A DNA stretch of 64,000 nucleotides. It comes from a virus (taxonomy: Duplodnaviria > Caudoviricetes). Numbering within the stretch: position 1 is the first letter of the stretch; each line of letters opens with the position of its first letter. Where the stretch lies: IMG/VR virus record IMGVR_UViG_2767802067_000002, positions 32,001-96,000 of that record; one strand, given 5' to 3'. A program made the position numbers and the translations under genes. The notes below the pieces were generated by a model. The model did no database searches and was not told the origin of the DNA. It saw only the letters and a list, made by a program, of their open reading frames with translations. This document shows, piece after piece, positions 37,640 to 46,483 of the stretch.

Positions 37640-37909
37640 ATGGCCTCCACCCCCCTGCCCGAGCCGTTCGCCGCCCTCGCCGAGCTCATCGCCGGCGGCC
37701 CCACGATGCACACCGCCGCCCAGCTCGGCGAAGCCCTCAACGCCGTTCCGCAGCTCCAGCGCTGGCTGCGCGAGCAGCGACAGGACGTCTTCCAGGCGCT
37801 CAAGACCACCCACTCCAACGGTGAGATCGCCACGCACCTCGGCCTCACCACGCAGCGGGTCGCGGACATCGCCTCCGGGCACTCCCACACCAAGGCGCCG
37901 AAGCGCTGA
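37640..37909 (+). CDS. Small HTH repressor (candidate regulator of class 1 operators)
   Basis: SNGEIATHLGLTTQRVADI HTH; leaderless -10 TATGCT overlapped by the most symmetric operator copy (37612-37631). Confidence 0.8.
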   Translation: MASTPLPEPFAALAELIAGGPTMHTAAQLGEALNAVPQLQRWLREQRQDVFQALKTTHSNGEIATHLGLTTQRVADIASGHSHTKAPKR

Positions 37910-37960
37910 CCGCTGCGCGCCGCACCGGCCCAGGCCCGGACGCTTCGTAGGCTCGGGCCC

Positions 37961-38215
37961 ATGAAGGACACGACCGCATTCGTCCTGGCCTGTGGGATCG
38001 CCGGCGCGTCCGGCGTCCTCTGGAAACTGATCATCACCTGGGGCCAGGTCCGCATCACCCGGGTGGAGACCGACAACATCCACGCCCGCGCGGACCTCGC
38101 GCGGGCCGACCGGCCGGCCCCGCCGGTACCTGGCCGCTACGCCCCGCCGCAGAGCGGCGGCGACCTCGAGTCCGGTCCGCTCTCCAACGTCCGCATCACC
38201 CGCCCCGGGGACTGA
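37961..38215 (+). CDS. Small membrane protein
   Basis: N-terminal hydrophobic helix; follows the repressor gene. Confidence 0.5.
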   Translation: MKDTTAFVLACGIAGASGVLWKLIITWGQVRITRVETDNIHARADLARADRPAPPVPGRYAPPQSGGDLESGPLSNVRITRPGD

Positions 38216-38295
38216 CCCCGGCACGGAGAAGCGCCCGCCTCCGCCCCCGGTTCGGTCGGGGTGGTGGCGGGCGCTTCGCTGTCGCCGGCGGCCGG

Positions 38296-38736
38296 TCAGA
38301 TCAGGGCGGCCACGGCGGCCCGGAGGGCGGCGACGTCCTCGTACACGATCTCGACGCAGCCGAGGCGGCCGTCCTCGCGGCCCTCCTCGTAGCGGTACAG
38401 CTCGGCGGTGATGACGAGGCGGCCGTCGACGCCCTCGGCGCGGGCGGTGGTGCGCGGCTCGCCGCCCTCGGCGATCCAGCGCGGGTAGCCGGGGTGGCCG
38501 AGGATCTGGTCCAGCATGGCGATGAACGCCTCGGGCGTGCCGGGGACCTGCGTCCTCTCGGCGTCGACGATCACCCAGGAGGCGTCCAGCTCCTCGGGGG
38601 TGGCCACGCCCTCCTCGAAGCGCTCGCGGCTGGTCGCCGCGTTGTAGACCGTCGCGTAGAGGTACGCGGACTCGCCGCGCATCTCGATGTTCCACCAGGG
38701 GGTCATCGCGGGGGTGGGGTCCAGGCAGGCGCCCAT
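38296..38736 (-). CDS. Hypothetical protein
   Basis: GAAGGAG RBS. Confidence 0.7.
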   Translation of the reverse strand: MGACLDPTPAMTPWWNIEMRGESAYLYATVYNAATSRERFEEGVATPEELDASWVIVDAERTQVPGTPEAFIAMLDQILGHPGYPRWIAEGGEPRTTARAEGVDGRLVITAELYRYEEGREDGRLGCVEIVYEDVAALRAAVAALI

Positions 38737-38777
38737 CGGGTTCTCCTTCGGTCGGGCGTGATCAGGCTATCGGTGGG

Positions 38778-40304
38778 TCAGGCGGCGATCAGGTCGAACA
38801 GGCCAAGCTGCTCCGAGCCGCTGGGGACGGCCGGGAGCGGTGCGCGCTCCGGCCGGGCCGGGGTGCGCGGGTTTGGCAGGGCCGGGCGGGGCTCCGGGTT
38901 GGCGGCTTCCTCGCGGAGCTCGCGGACCACGGTCGGCGCGAGGCCGTGCCGCGCGGCCTCGTCGTCAGTGGGCGCCCAGCCGGCCGGGCGGGGCGCGACC
39001 GGGTTGCGGATGCCCTCGACCTTGGCCCAGGCGGCGCGCATCCGGGCCTGCCGCTCCTCCCAGGTGAGGAGCTGGTCCAAGGCGTCGTGGAACGCCTGGC
39101 TGGTGGCGTCGCGGGCGGCGTCCTCCTCGCGGCGCTCGCGGTCCCGGCAGAGGGCTTCCTGGCCGCCGAAGAGCGGGACGAGCGGCATCAGCTCCTCGTA
39201 CCAGGGGCGGCGGGGCTCCTTGTTGGCCTCCCAGCGCTTCCAGACCTCCACGGCGCGGCGGCCGTCGGCGGTGAGGGCGACCGGCCTGCAGCCCGCCGCG
39301 TCGGCCGGGGCGGTGGTCAGGAATCCGGCGCGGGTGAGCGGGAGGAGGCGGCGCAGGTCGAGGCGGCGGCCGGGGCGGCCGGGCGCGGACATGTGGCGCA
39401 GGACGTCGCCGGGGTCGATGCGGAGCTGGCCGCCTGCGGCGGTGAGCATCAGGTCAGCCTGCGTGCTGGTCCAGTTGAGCGCTTCGGCCTGGCGCCGCTC
39501 CATCCGCTCCCGGGCCTCCTGGATGACCGCGGCCTTGCGCCGGTCCTCCTCCTGGCCGCCGATGAGCGGCTGGAGCTCCGTCCGCTCCTTGATGGCCGGG
39601 TCGGGCCGCCAGCGCCTCCACAGCTGGAGTGCGTGCCGTCCGTCCTCGGTGGTGCTGATGCGCTTGCTGCCGGGGCCGTACGGCTCGGTGATGGCGAGGA
39701 ACCCGGCGTCCACGAGCGGGGCGACGCGCTCGTCCTCGACGACCCGTCCGATCTCGCCGGGCACCGGGCAGTGCCGCAGGGCGCCCTGCTCGTCGCGGTC
39801 GTAGAGGAGCCGCACCGAGCCGGCCGCGTCCATCAGGGCGGCCTGGCCGATCGACCAGTCCAGGGCGTACGCCTGACGGCGCTCGGCGATGGCCATCGCG
39901 GTGAGTCCGGCGTCCGGGTCCGGCTGCGCCTCCGGCTCGGCCGCGGCAGGCACCTCGGCGGTCGAAGCGGTCACCGGCTCGGCCTCGGCCGCTGGCGGGG
40001 TGTCTCGGATGCGGGAGCCGTAGTTCGCGATGGTGGCGAACGGCCGGGGCTTGCCGTCGATGTAGCGCACCGAGACGCGGAACGAGAAGCCGTCCTCGTT
40101 GGCCAGCTTCTCGATCTCGTCGGCGTGCTCGGTGGCGACCTCGTCCGCGCGGCGGGTGAGGAGCAGGGCGAAGGTGCCGATGCGCTCGCCGTTGCGGTAC
40201 TCGCCCGTGACGCGGAAGTCGCCGCCCTTGCCCTGGGTCAGGCCGAGGGAGCGCAGGACGCGGGCGAGGGCCACGGCCGGGGTCTTGGGAGGCTGGGGGG
40301 TCAT
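38778..40304 (-). CDS. Hypothetical protein with internal tandem domain duplication
   Basis: ERRQA.AL.W...QA.LM.AAG...PL..AGFL...T.DGR.A...W.RW...PL.GGQE occurs twice; behind a class 1 promoter. Confidence 0.75.
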   Translation of the reverse strand: MTPQPPKTPAVALARVLRSLGLTQGKGGDFRVTGEYRNGERIGTFALLLTRRADEVATEHADEIEKLANEDGFSFRVSVRYIDGKPRPFATIANYGSRIRDTPPAAEAEPVTASTAEVPAAAEPEAQPDPDAGLTAMAIAERRQAYALDWSIGQAALMDAAGSVRLLYDRDEQGALRHCPVPGEIGRVVEDERVAPLVDAGFLAITEPYGPGSKRISTTEDGRHALQLWRRWRPDPAIKERTELQPLIGGQEEDRRKAAVIQEARERMERRQAEALNWTSTQADLMLTAAGGQLRIDPGDVLRHMSAPGRPGRRLDLRRLLPLTRAGFLTTAPADAAGCRPVALTADGRRAVEVWKRWEANKEPRRPWYEELMPLVPLFGGQEALCRDRERREEDAARDATSQAFHDALDQLLTWEERQARMRAAWAKVEGIRNPVAPRPAGWAPTDDEAARHGLAPTVVRELREEAANPEPRPALPNPRTPARPERAPLPAVPSGSEQLGLFDLIAA

Positions 40305-40396
40305 CTGGCTCCGTTCATGGTTAGTGGGTAGGCACTATGTCCAACGCTGGGGACACCCTGGGGTACCGGGGAATCGCGGTGGATCGCGGGCCGCCC

Positions 40397-40600
40397 GGAC
40401 ACGGTGTCCGGACATGTCCGCCGGTGTCCGCCGGACATCTGCGGACACTGTCCGCGCTGCGCCCGTTTCCGCAGGTCAGGCGTGTCCGGACACTGTCCGG
40501 ACAACCGGCGCCCGGGTGTCCGCCCGGGCGCCGGCCGCCCAGGCGTCAGCCCGAGGCGCGGACACTGTCCGGACGTCCGGCGTCCGCGTGTCCGGACACG
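40397..40600. repeat. TGTCC/GGACA repeat cluster (one of six; the others at about 5076-5221, 42611-42662, 55298-55325, 56970-57205, 57718-57815)
   Basis: Many direct and inverted copies around the palindrome TGTCCGGACA. Confidence 0.8.
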
Positions 40601-41118
40601 TCGAAGAGGGCGAGCGGTCCGGTCGGCGGGAGCGGCTGGTCCTGCGGGGCGGGGCCCTCGACGTCCCACTCGATCCGGGCGTCCTTCCAGCCCATCTCGC
40701 GCATCTCGGCGAAGGAGAAGGCGGACCGCCAGCGCTGGCCGCCCATGTCCATCGTGAGCTTGCCGCAGGGCCACAGGTGGCAGTCGACGGCCTGGCCGCC
40801 GACCGGGTGGACGCGGAACCGGCGGGTGCCCTCGGGCAGCTCGGGCGCGACGCGCACCGGGGCGGGGCGGCGGATCTGGAACACCTCGCCGGCCGGGTAG
40901 GAGCGCGGGTCGCAGGTGTCGAAGGCGAGGATCACCCAGCCCGGGTGCTCCGGGTCCGTGGTGGGGTCGGCGAGCAGGATCGACAGGGCGCCGGCGGCGG
41001 ACACGGTGTCGCCCTTGCGCATGTCGGCGGCCGGGGTGCAGCGCTCGTCGGGGAAGTGCTCGCCGCGCGGGGCGATGCAGCGGGGGGTGCAGGGTCCGAG
41101 CGCGAGGTAGACGGTCAC
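40546..41118 (-). CDS. Hypothetical protein
   Basis: AAGGAG RBS and GTG start; the C-terminus runs into the repeat cluster. Confidence 0.55.
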   Translation of the reverse strand: MTVYLALGPCTPRCIAPRGEHFPDERCTPAADMRKGDTVSAAGALSILLADPTTDPEHPGWVILAFDTCDPRSYPAGEVFQIRRPAPVRVAPELPEGTRRFRVHPVGGQAVDCHLWPCGKLTMDMGGQRWRSAFSFAEMREMGWKDARIEWDVEGPAPQDQPLPPTGPLALFDVSGHADAGRPDSVRASG

Positions 41119-41186
41119 GGCTGGTGGCTCCTTGCTGGTGGTGGTCCGGGCGCCCGGGCCGGCTGCCCGGGCGCCGCGAGGGGTGG

Positions 41187-41828
41187 TCAGGCGGACAGCA
41201 CGGCCTCGGCGTGGCGGGCGGTCTCCTGGCTGTTCACGAGCCGGGCCCGGGTGGCGGCGGTGAGCGCCGCGTCCAGGTACAGGCCCTTGAGGACCCGGGT
41301 GTTCAGGCCCTCGGTCGCCGCGTACCGGTGGGCCATGGCCATCCGTCCGGCCGTCGAGATCCACACCCGGTCGCTGTACGGCTGCTCGGCCAGCCAGCCG
41401 CGCTGGAGCAGGATCTCCGTCTGGACGCGCGGGATCGCGCAGAGGCCGGCGAGGATCTGCACCGGGTGCCCGTGCCCGTCGCGGACGACCCGGGCGCGGT
41501 GCTCGCTGCGGGCGATGATCTCCAGATCCTCGGCCTGGCGGCCGGTCAGCTTCCGGGCGTGCGCGACGACGTCCAGGCGCACGAAGCTGCCGGGGCGGCG
41601 CTCGCTGTGGATCGTCAGGGCACCGGTCACGTCCGGGACGATCCGCTGGCCGCGGTTGCGGGCGATGTCCACCCGCAGGTCCGTCTCCCGGCCGGTCAGG
41701 TAGCCGAAGTCGTAGCTGCCGCTGGCGGTGAACGGCGACTCCTTGAACGCCGCTCCGGTGAACCCGGTCGGGGCGTACGAGCGCGGGGTGAGGATGTGGG
41801 TCCGCTTGAACCTCGTGTTGGGGTGCAT
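41187..41828 (-). CDS. Hypothetical protein
   Basis: AGGAG RBS before MHPNTRF. Confidence 0.65.
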   Translation of the reverse strand: MHPNTRFKRTHILTPRSYAPTGFTGAAFKESPFTASGSYDFGYLTGRETDLRVDIARNRGQRIVPDVTGALTIHSERRPGSFVRLDVVAHARKLTGRQAEDLEIIARSEHRARVVRDGHGHPVQILAGLCAIPRVQTEILLQRGWLAEQPYSDRVWISTAGRMAMAHRYAATEGLNTRVLKGLYLDAALTAATRARLVNSQETARHAEAVLSA

Positions 41829-41845
41829 GGTGGTCGGTCTCCTGT

Positions 41846-42535
41846 TCAGCGGCTGGTGTAGGGCTTGAGGGCCCTGTCGGCGGTCTTCGTGAGGTGGGCG
41901 GCGGTGCGCTGGCCGGGCAGGGCGCCGGAGACCCGCAGGACGTCGGCGATCCGGTCGGCGGGGACGATGCGCACGCCGTCGACGGTGAGCTCGCGCACGG
42001 CCTGGCCGTTCGCGCCGACGAGCGGCGCGCCGTCCATCACCGCGATCGGCGTGACCGGGACGCCGAGGACGCCGGCGACCGCGCGGGCCTCGTGGCGCAG
42101 GCCGTCGAGTCGGCCGGTGACGTCGCGGTCGCCGTGGAACAGGCGTCCGCCGCTCACGGTCACCGGGTAGTGCCTCGACCAGCGCTTGGCGTCCGGGAGG
42201 AACACCCGGCCGGTCGGGCTGATGGCCAGGCAGTCGACGTTCGCCCGGCCAGTGGGCAGCGCGCGGTCGAAGCGCAGCGTCCACTTATCGCGGATGAGCG
42301 GGGCGAGGCGGTCGGCAACGCGGCGTTCGCCTTCGGCTCCGGCCGCCCAGCGGGCGGCCTGCTTCCCGGCGTCGGTCTGGATGCCGAGTGCGGCGGCCAG
42401 GCGCACGCGCAGGGTCCGCAGCTCGCGGGCGCGGGCGGCGGCGGAGGCTCCGGCACCGGTCCCGCCGCTCTGGCCGTACCGGTGCCAGGCCCAGACCGCC
42501 GCGGCGATCAGGGCGAGCACGAGCAGTCCTGACAT
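41846..42535 (-). CDS. NERD-domain (PD-(D/E)xK-like) protein with N-terminal membrane anchor
   Basis: GAEGERRVA...DR...ANVDCLAISPTG.VF..DAK.W. Confidence 0.8.
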   Translation of the reverse strand: MSGLLVLALIAAAVWAWHRYGQSGGTGAGASAAARARELRTLRVRLAAALGIQTDAGKQAARWAAGAEGERRVADRLAPLIRDKWTLRFDRALPTGRANVDCLAISPTGRVFLPDAKRWSRHYPVTVSGGRLFHGDRDVTGRLDGLRHEARAVAGVLGVPVTPIAVMDGAPLVGANGQAVRELTVDGVRIVPADRIADVLRVSGALPGQRTAAHLTKTADRALKPYTSR

Positions 42536-42667
42536 GGGCGTCTTCCTCTTTTCGGGGGTCGGCTGAGGGGCCCTGGCCGGGCCCCTCACCGGGGTGGGTG
42601 GTCAGGTGGGTTGTCCGTGGGTTGTCCGGGACGCGGGGCGGACACTGTCCGCCCCGTGTCCGGGCGG

Positions 42668-43030
42668 TCAGTTGCGGTCGGGGTCCTCGCCGCCGTGGGC
42701 CTCGATCAGGGCGCGGACCGCGTCGACCGGGACGGTGAGGAACAGGCGGCCGTCGATCTTCGCGGTGATGTGCGCGGCGACCAGCACCGCCGTGTCGACC
42801 TCCGTGCGCCAGTCGGCGCCGGCCGGGGCGTCCAGGCCCGGGAAGAGGTAGACCTCCAGGCTGGTGAACGGGCCCGCGTAGTCGTCGGGCACGCCGTTCT
42901 CGCCGGGGGCGGGCTCGCAGGCCGCGCGCGGACCGGCGGCGAGGGACAGGCTGTTGCCGTCCGCGAGGCGGATCGTGCGGGCGCCGTAGCCGGTGCCCTG
43001 GGCGGCGGTCAGGTTGAGGAGCTGGGTCAT
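42668..43030 (-). CDS. Hypothetical protein
   Basis: GGAG RBS; ends LIEAHGGE. Confidence 0.65.
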   Translation of the reverse strand: MTQLLNLTAAQGTGYGARTIRLADGNSLSLAAGPRAACEPAPGENGVPDDYAGPFTSLEVYLFPGLDAPAGADWRTEVDTAVLVAAHITAKIDGRLFLTVPVDAVRALIEAHGGEDPDRN

Positions 43031-43064
43031 CGCGGGGGTCTCCGTTCTGCGGGGTGAGGGCAAG

Positions 43065-43673
43065 TCAGCGGGCGGCGACGGTGACCGCGTTGATGAAGGC
43101 GGGCGCGAGGCGGTCGACGAACTGGGCGGCCTGCTCGCGGACGTGCGCGCGAGCGGCGAGGCGGGCGGCCTGCTGGTCGCCGCGCTCGTCGACGTGGCCG
43201 CAGGTGCAGCGGGCGGCGGTCTTGACGGCCTCGGCGTAGTGGGCGGCGGCGACCAGGCCGAGGCCGCCCGCGAGGGTCAGGCGGACCTTGCGGTGCGCGC
43301 CGTACTCGGCGACCAGGCCGCGGGCCAGCAGGCGGGCGGTCGCGCCGGGCGCGATGGAGTTCATGAACGTGTGGATCGCCTCGCCGCTCGCGCCGCTCTC
43401 GATCCAGGCGTCGCCGGTGGCGACGATCGCGAGGTAGGGCAGGACCGTGGCGTCCAGCGGTTCGGGGGTCGCGGCCGGGGTGAGCTCGATCGAGCGGATC
43501 GCGACCGCGCCGCCGCCCGCCGGGCGGGACCAGGTGATCCGGGCGCCGCCCTCCGGGGTGGCCTCGATCGCGGCGTCCTGCTGGCGGGCGCGCCGCAGCA
43601 GCATCAGGGCGTGGGCCTCGGCGGCGATGCCGGGGGTGGAGCCTCCTGCGTGGGTGACGACCTCGACGAACAT
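43065..43673 (-). CDS. Hypothetical protein
   Basis: AGGAG RBS; CTCGH...H Zn-like motif. Confidence 0.65.
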   Translation of the reverse strand: MFVEVVTHAGGSTPGIAAEAHALMLLRRARQQDAAIEATPEGGARITWSRPAGGGAVAIRSIELTPAATPEPLDATVLPYLAIVATGDAWIESGASGEAIHTFMNSIAPGATARLLARGLVAEYGAHRKVRLTLAGGLGLVAAAHYAEAVKTAARCTCGHVDERGDQQAARLAARAHVREQAAQFVDRLAPAFINAVTVAAR

Positions 43674-43751
43674 GGCGTTCTCCTGTCCTGGTGGGGGTGG
43701 CCGGCCGGGCGGGATTCCCGCCCCGCCCGGCGGCCGGGGGGTTGGTGGGGG

Positions 43752-44171
43752 TCAGGCCGCGATGCCCAGGGCGATCGGGGCGCTCTGCTCGGCGGTGGCC
43801 CGCACGGTCAGGGCGATCACCGCGATGCGGTGCTTGCACATGTGCTGGCCGCGCAGCCCGGCCTTGCAGGTGCAGGCGGCGCGCGCGGTGCGGTAGGTCT
43901 GGCTGCCGTCCTCGCTGACCACGAGGAAGACCTCGTTCTTGCCGCTCTTGCGGAGCGGCTGGACCGCGCCCTGCTCCAACATCTCGACGGCCTTCTCGAC
44001 GAGGGCCGGCTTGAAGGCGGCCATCGCGGGCGCCTTGGTGGCCTTGCGGACCCGGCCCCTGCACTTGGGGCCGAGCCCGTCCGGGCTCGCGTTGCGCAGG
44101 ATCCGGTGGCACTTGATGCAGCGCTGCTGCTCGGGCTGGGCGGGGGCCTTGGTGGTCGCGGTGCTGGCCAT
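43752..44171 (-). CDS. Zn-finger (CxxC...GLGPKC) plus SWIM zinc-finger protein
   Basis: CIKCHR.L...GLGPKC and CTC...CKH.IAV. Confidence 0.75.
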   Translation of the reverse strand: MASTATTKAPAQPEQQRCIKCHRILRNASPDGLGPKCRGRVRKATKAPAMAAFKPALVEKAVEMLEQGAVQPLRKSGKNEVFLVVSEDGSQTYRTARAACTCKAGLRGQHMCKHRIAVIALTVRATAEQSAPIALGIAA

Positions 44172-44379
44172 GTGGGGGCCCTCGCTCTCTTGGGGTGGGG
44201 TGGCGTGTGGTTCTATTCACATCATTTCCGGAAGTCGATTTGACTAACCCAGTTTTCCCAAGTTGGTTTGGCAAAGAGTTGGCAAAGGCTCTCCGGGTCG
44301 GGCATGACGGAGCCCCGCCCCCGGGGTCGGGGACGGGGCTCCGTCGGCCGCCGCACGGCGGCCGGTGGCTGGCGCGCGG

Positions 44380-44760
44380 TCAGGCGAGCGCGGCGGCCAG
44401 GGCGGCCTCGTCCTCGCAGCCGAAGATCGGGCGGACCACGCACGTCCCGTCGCAGTAGTCGGTCTCGCCCAGGCCCACGTCCGGGTTGTCGTCGTGGCCC
44501 TCGCACTCCTCCCAGTCGCCGCGGGCGGTGCTCATGACCCGCACGGTGACGCCTCGGACGTCGAGCACACCGACGCCCTCGATGTCGGCGCGGGAGCGGA
44601 GGTCGCCGACCTCGTGGACCATCTCGCGGTCCTCGCCGTCGCCGATGGGCTGGCCAGCGGCACGGGCGACGGCCCAGACCAGATTGCGGAGCTCGCCGCC
44701 GTCCTTCGCGGTGAAGGTGCGGCTGATCAGGGCGGGGTGGCTGACGCGGATCTCGTACAT
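44380..44760 (-). CDS. Hypothetical protein (CEGH...YCDGTC)
   Basis: AGGAGG RBS. Confidence 0.7.
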   Translation of the reverse strand: MYEIRVSHPALISRTFTAKDGGELRNLVWAVARAAGQPIGDGEDREMVHEVGDLRSRADIEGVGVLDVRGVTVRVMSTARGDWEECEGHDDNPDVGLGETDYCDGTCVVRPIFGCEDEAALAAALA

Positions 44761-44828
44761 GGGGGTTCCTCCTGGTGGGATGGGGCGGGCCGCCGGGCGG
44801 GCGCCCGGCGGCCGGTGGGCGGGGCCGG

Positions 44829-46325
44829 TCAGGCGCGGGTGCTGGCGCCGGTGAAGGCGCGGATCCAGGCGTCGACCTCGCGGGCGATGCGCTCGGCGTC
44901 GGCGCGGGCGTCGAGGTGGCCGGAGAAGTTCGGGCCGATCTCGGTGACGTAGTCGCCGTCGGCGCCGTGGAGGTGAGCGGACCAGGGCTCGTCGTGCTCG
45001 GCGGTGGGTCGGTCGGCCTGCTCGCCGGCGTAGATCAGGATGTGCGGGCCGCCGAGCGCGTCGCCGTGGTCGTCAACCTGCCGGTCCAGGGCGACGACCA
45101 GATGGGTCATGCCGGTGCCCTCGTCGTTGAGCCAGCAGCGCCGGTCGAGCTTGGCGAGCTCGGCGATGACCAGGTCGCCTTCGGTCGGCGCGGCGGCGCG
45201 CTGGGCGGTGACGAAGAAGCCGTCCGAGTGGGCGGTCCAGCCCGCGGCGGTGAACTTGGCGGCCATCGCGGTCAGGCGCATGCCTCCGGTGGCACCGCGC
45301 CGGACGTTGGCGAGCTGGCCGGCCTCCATCCAGAACCCACGGACCTCGCCTTCGGCGCGGGGCTCGACGAAGAAGCCATGGACGTCCGGCCCGGCATCCT
45401 CGGGGTCGAAGTCGTCGTCGAGCCGGGCGGGGGGCATGGGCAGGAGCGCGGCGCGGGCGGCGACCACGTCGGGGTGGGTGTCGTGGCGCGGGTAGGTGCC
45501 GAGCGCGGCCGGGGCCGGCTGCGGCTGCTGGAACGCGAGCTGCCAGTGGTTCGGGGCGAGCGGGATGTCGACCTTGGCCATGCTCGGCTCCACCCGGTTG
45601 GCGAAGGCGTCGGCGAGCGCGTCGAGAACGGATTCGCCGCGCCGCCCGCCGGCCGGGGTCCAGTGCGGTTCGGGCATCGGCGAGGCGGTCAGGGCGGGCA
45701 GGTGGGCCAGCGCCGGGTGCGCGGCCGGGGCCTGGGCGGTGACGTCGCGGACCGCGCTGGCGGTGAGGCCGTAGCTGGCGGCGTGCTGGACGGCCAGGTC
45801 GCGGCTGTGGAAGCTCGGCCAGTGCTCCTCGGAGCCGACCATGGCCAGGTATCGGCCGCGGGTGGTGGTCCCCTCGTCGGGGTCGGCCGGGGCGGGCAGG
45901 TGGCGGGCGTCGATCGGGAAGCCGTACTGACCGGCGAGTTCGGTCGCGCGGCCCAGGCTCCGGCCGTATCGCTCGGCGTCGATCGGGCCGGCCGGGAGGT
46001 TCAGGTCGCCGCGCTCCTGGGTGATGGCGACCGGCCGGTTCCCGATCAGGACGCCGATGACGCCCTCGCTGGGGATGACCAGGACGTCGCGGTCGCTGAT
46101 GTCGGTGCGCCGCTCGATGTCGGCGCGCATCTCCTTGCTGCTGCCGAAGAAGTGGGTGTTCGGCATGTCCGCGTACGCGGCGTCGATCTCGGCCTCGGCT
46201 TCGGCCAGGGCGCGCTCGGCGTCGACCTCGGCGACGGTCTCGCCGAAGAGGAGGGCGGCCTTCGCGAGCGGGGAGTGCGCGGCCAGGTACTCGGCGTAGC
46301 TCGCGCGGTCGGTGCGGTCGGTCAC
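44829..46325 (-). CDS. Hypothetical multidomain protein
   Basis: First gene behind the class 2 promoter at 46366. Confidence 0.7.
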   Translation of the reverse strand: MTDRTDRASYAEYLAAHSPLAKAALLFGETVAEVDAERALAEAEAEIDAAYADMPNTHFFGSSKEMRADIERRTDISDRDVLVIPSEGVIGVLIGNRPVAITQERGDLNLPAGPIDAERYGRSLGRATELAGQYGFPIDARHLPAPADPDEGTTTRGRYLAMVGSEEHWPSFHSRDLAVQHAASYGLTASAVRDVTAQAPAAHPALAHLPALTASPMPEPHWTPAGGRRGESVLDALADAFANRVEPSMAKVDIPLAPNHWQLAFQQPQPAPAALGTYPRHDTHPDVVAARAALLPMPPARLDDDFDPEDAGPDVHGFFVEPRAEGEVRGFWMEAGQLANVRRGATGGMRLTAMAAKFTAAGWTAHSDGFFVTAQRAAAPTEGDLVIAELAKLDRRCWLNDEGTGMTHLVVALDRQVDDHGDALGGPHILIYAGEQADRPTAEHDEPWSAHLHGADGDYVTEIGPNFSGHLDARADAERIAREVDAWIRAFTGASTRA

Positions 46326-46483
46326 TGGGGGCCTCTCGGTGGGGTGGTGTGGAGTGGTACACCTCCATCATTTCCTCAAATCCATTTGGCTAACCCAGGT
46401 TTCCCAAGTTAATTTTCCGAACTTCTCTCGAACCTGCATCCCAAAGCGGGTTTGCCCAAGCCGGTTCGTGGCACACTCCAGGC

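Larger units (their letters stand above)
22338..40337. promoter_or_regulatory. Class 1 operator family TAGTGG-N4-(C/G)CACTA (10 copies), five with ECF-like promoter GGNAC-N16-CGTT
   Basis: 16-bp palindromic sites start at 22338, 28552, 29548, 30218, 30349, 35638, 36550, 37053, 37614 and 40322; all intergenic. Confidence 0.85.
20100..43730 (-). repeat. Dispersed hairpin family with conserved GCGGGA(A/G)T loop (7 copies)
   Basis: 20100-20131, 20700-20743, 21906-21937, 22449-22480, 24377-24402, 25839-25864, 43705-43730; each follows a stop codon. Confidence 0.75.
24565..46460 (-). promoter_or_regulatory. Class 2 AT-rich promoter/operator cassette family (8 copies): GGTT(T/A)-N14-16-GG(A/G)(A/G)AT overlapped by iterated AAA-N4-TTT boxes
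   Basis: Copies at 24565-24636, 26944-27023, 31626-31694, 32301-32369, 34920-34989, 37500-37569, 44220-44290 and 46366-46460. Confidence 0.85.

Noticed and set aside
22338-46460. Repeats as a CRISPR array
   Set aside because: Copies are separated by whole genes at irregular kb distances; no cas genes.
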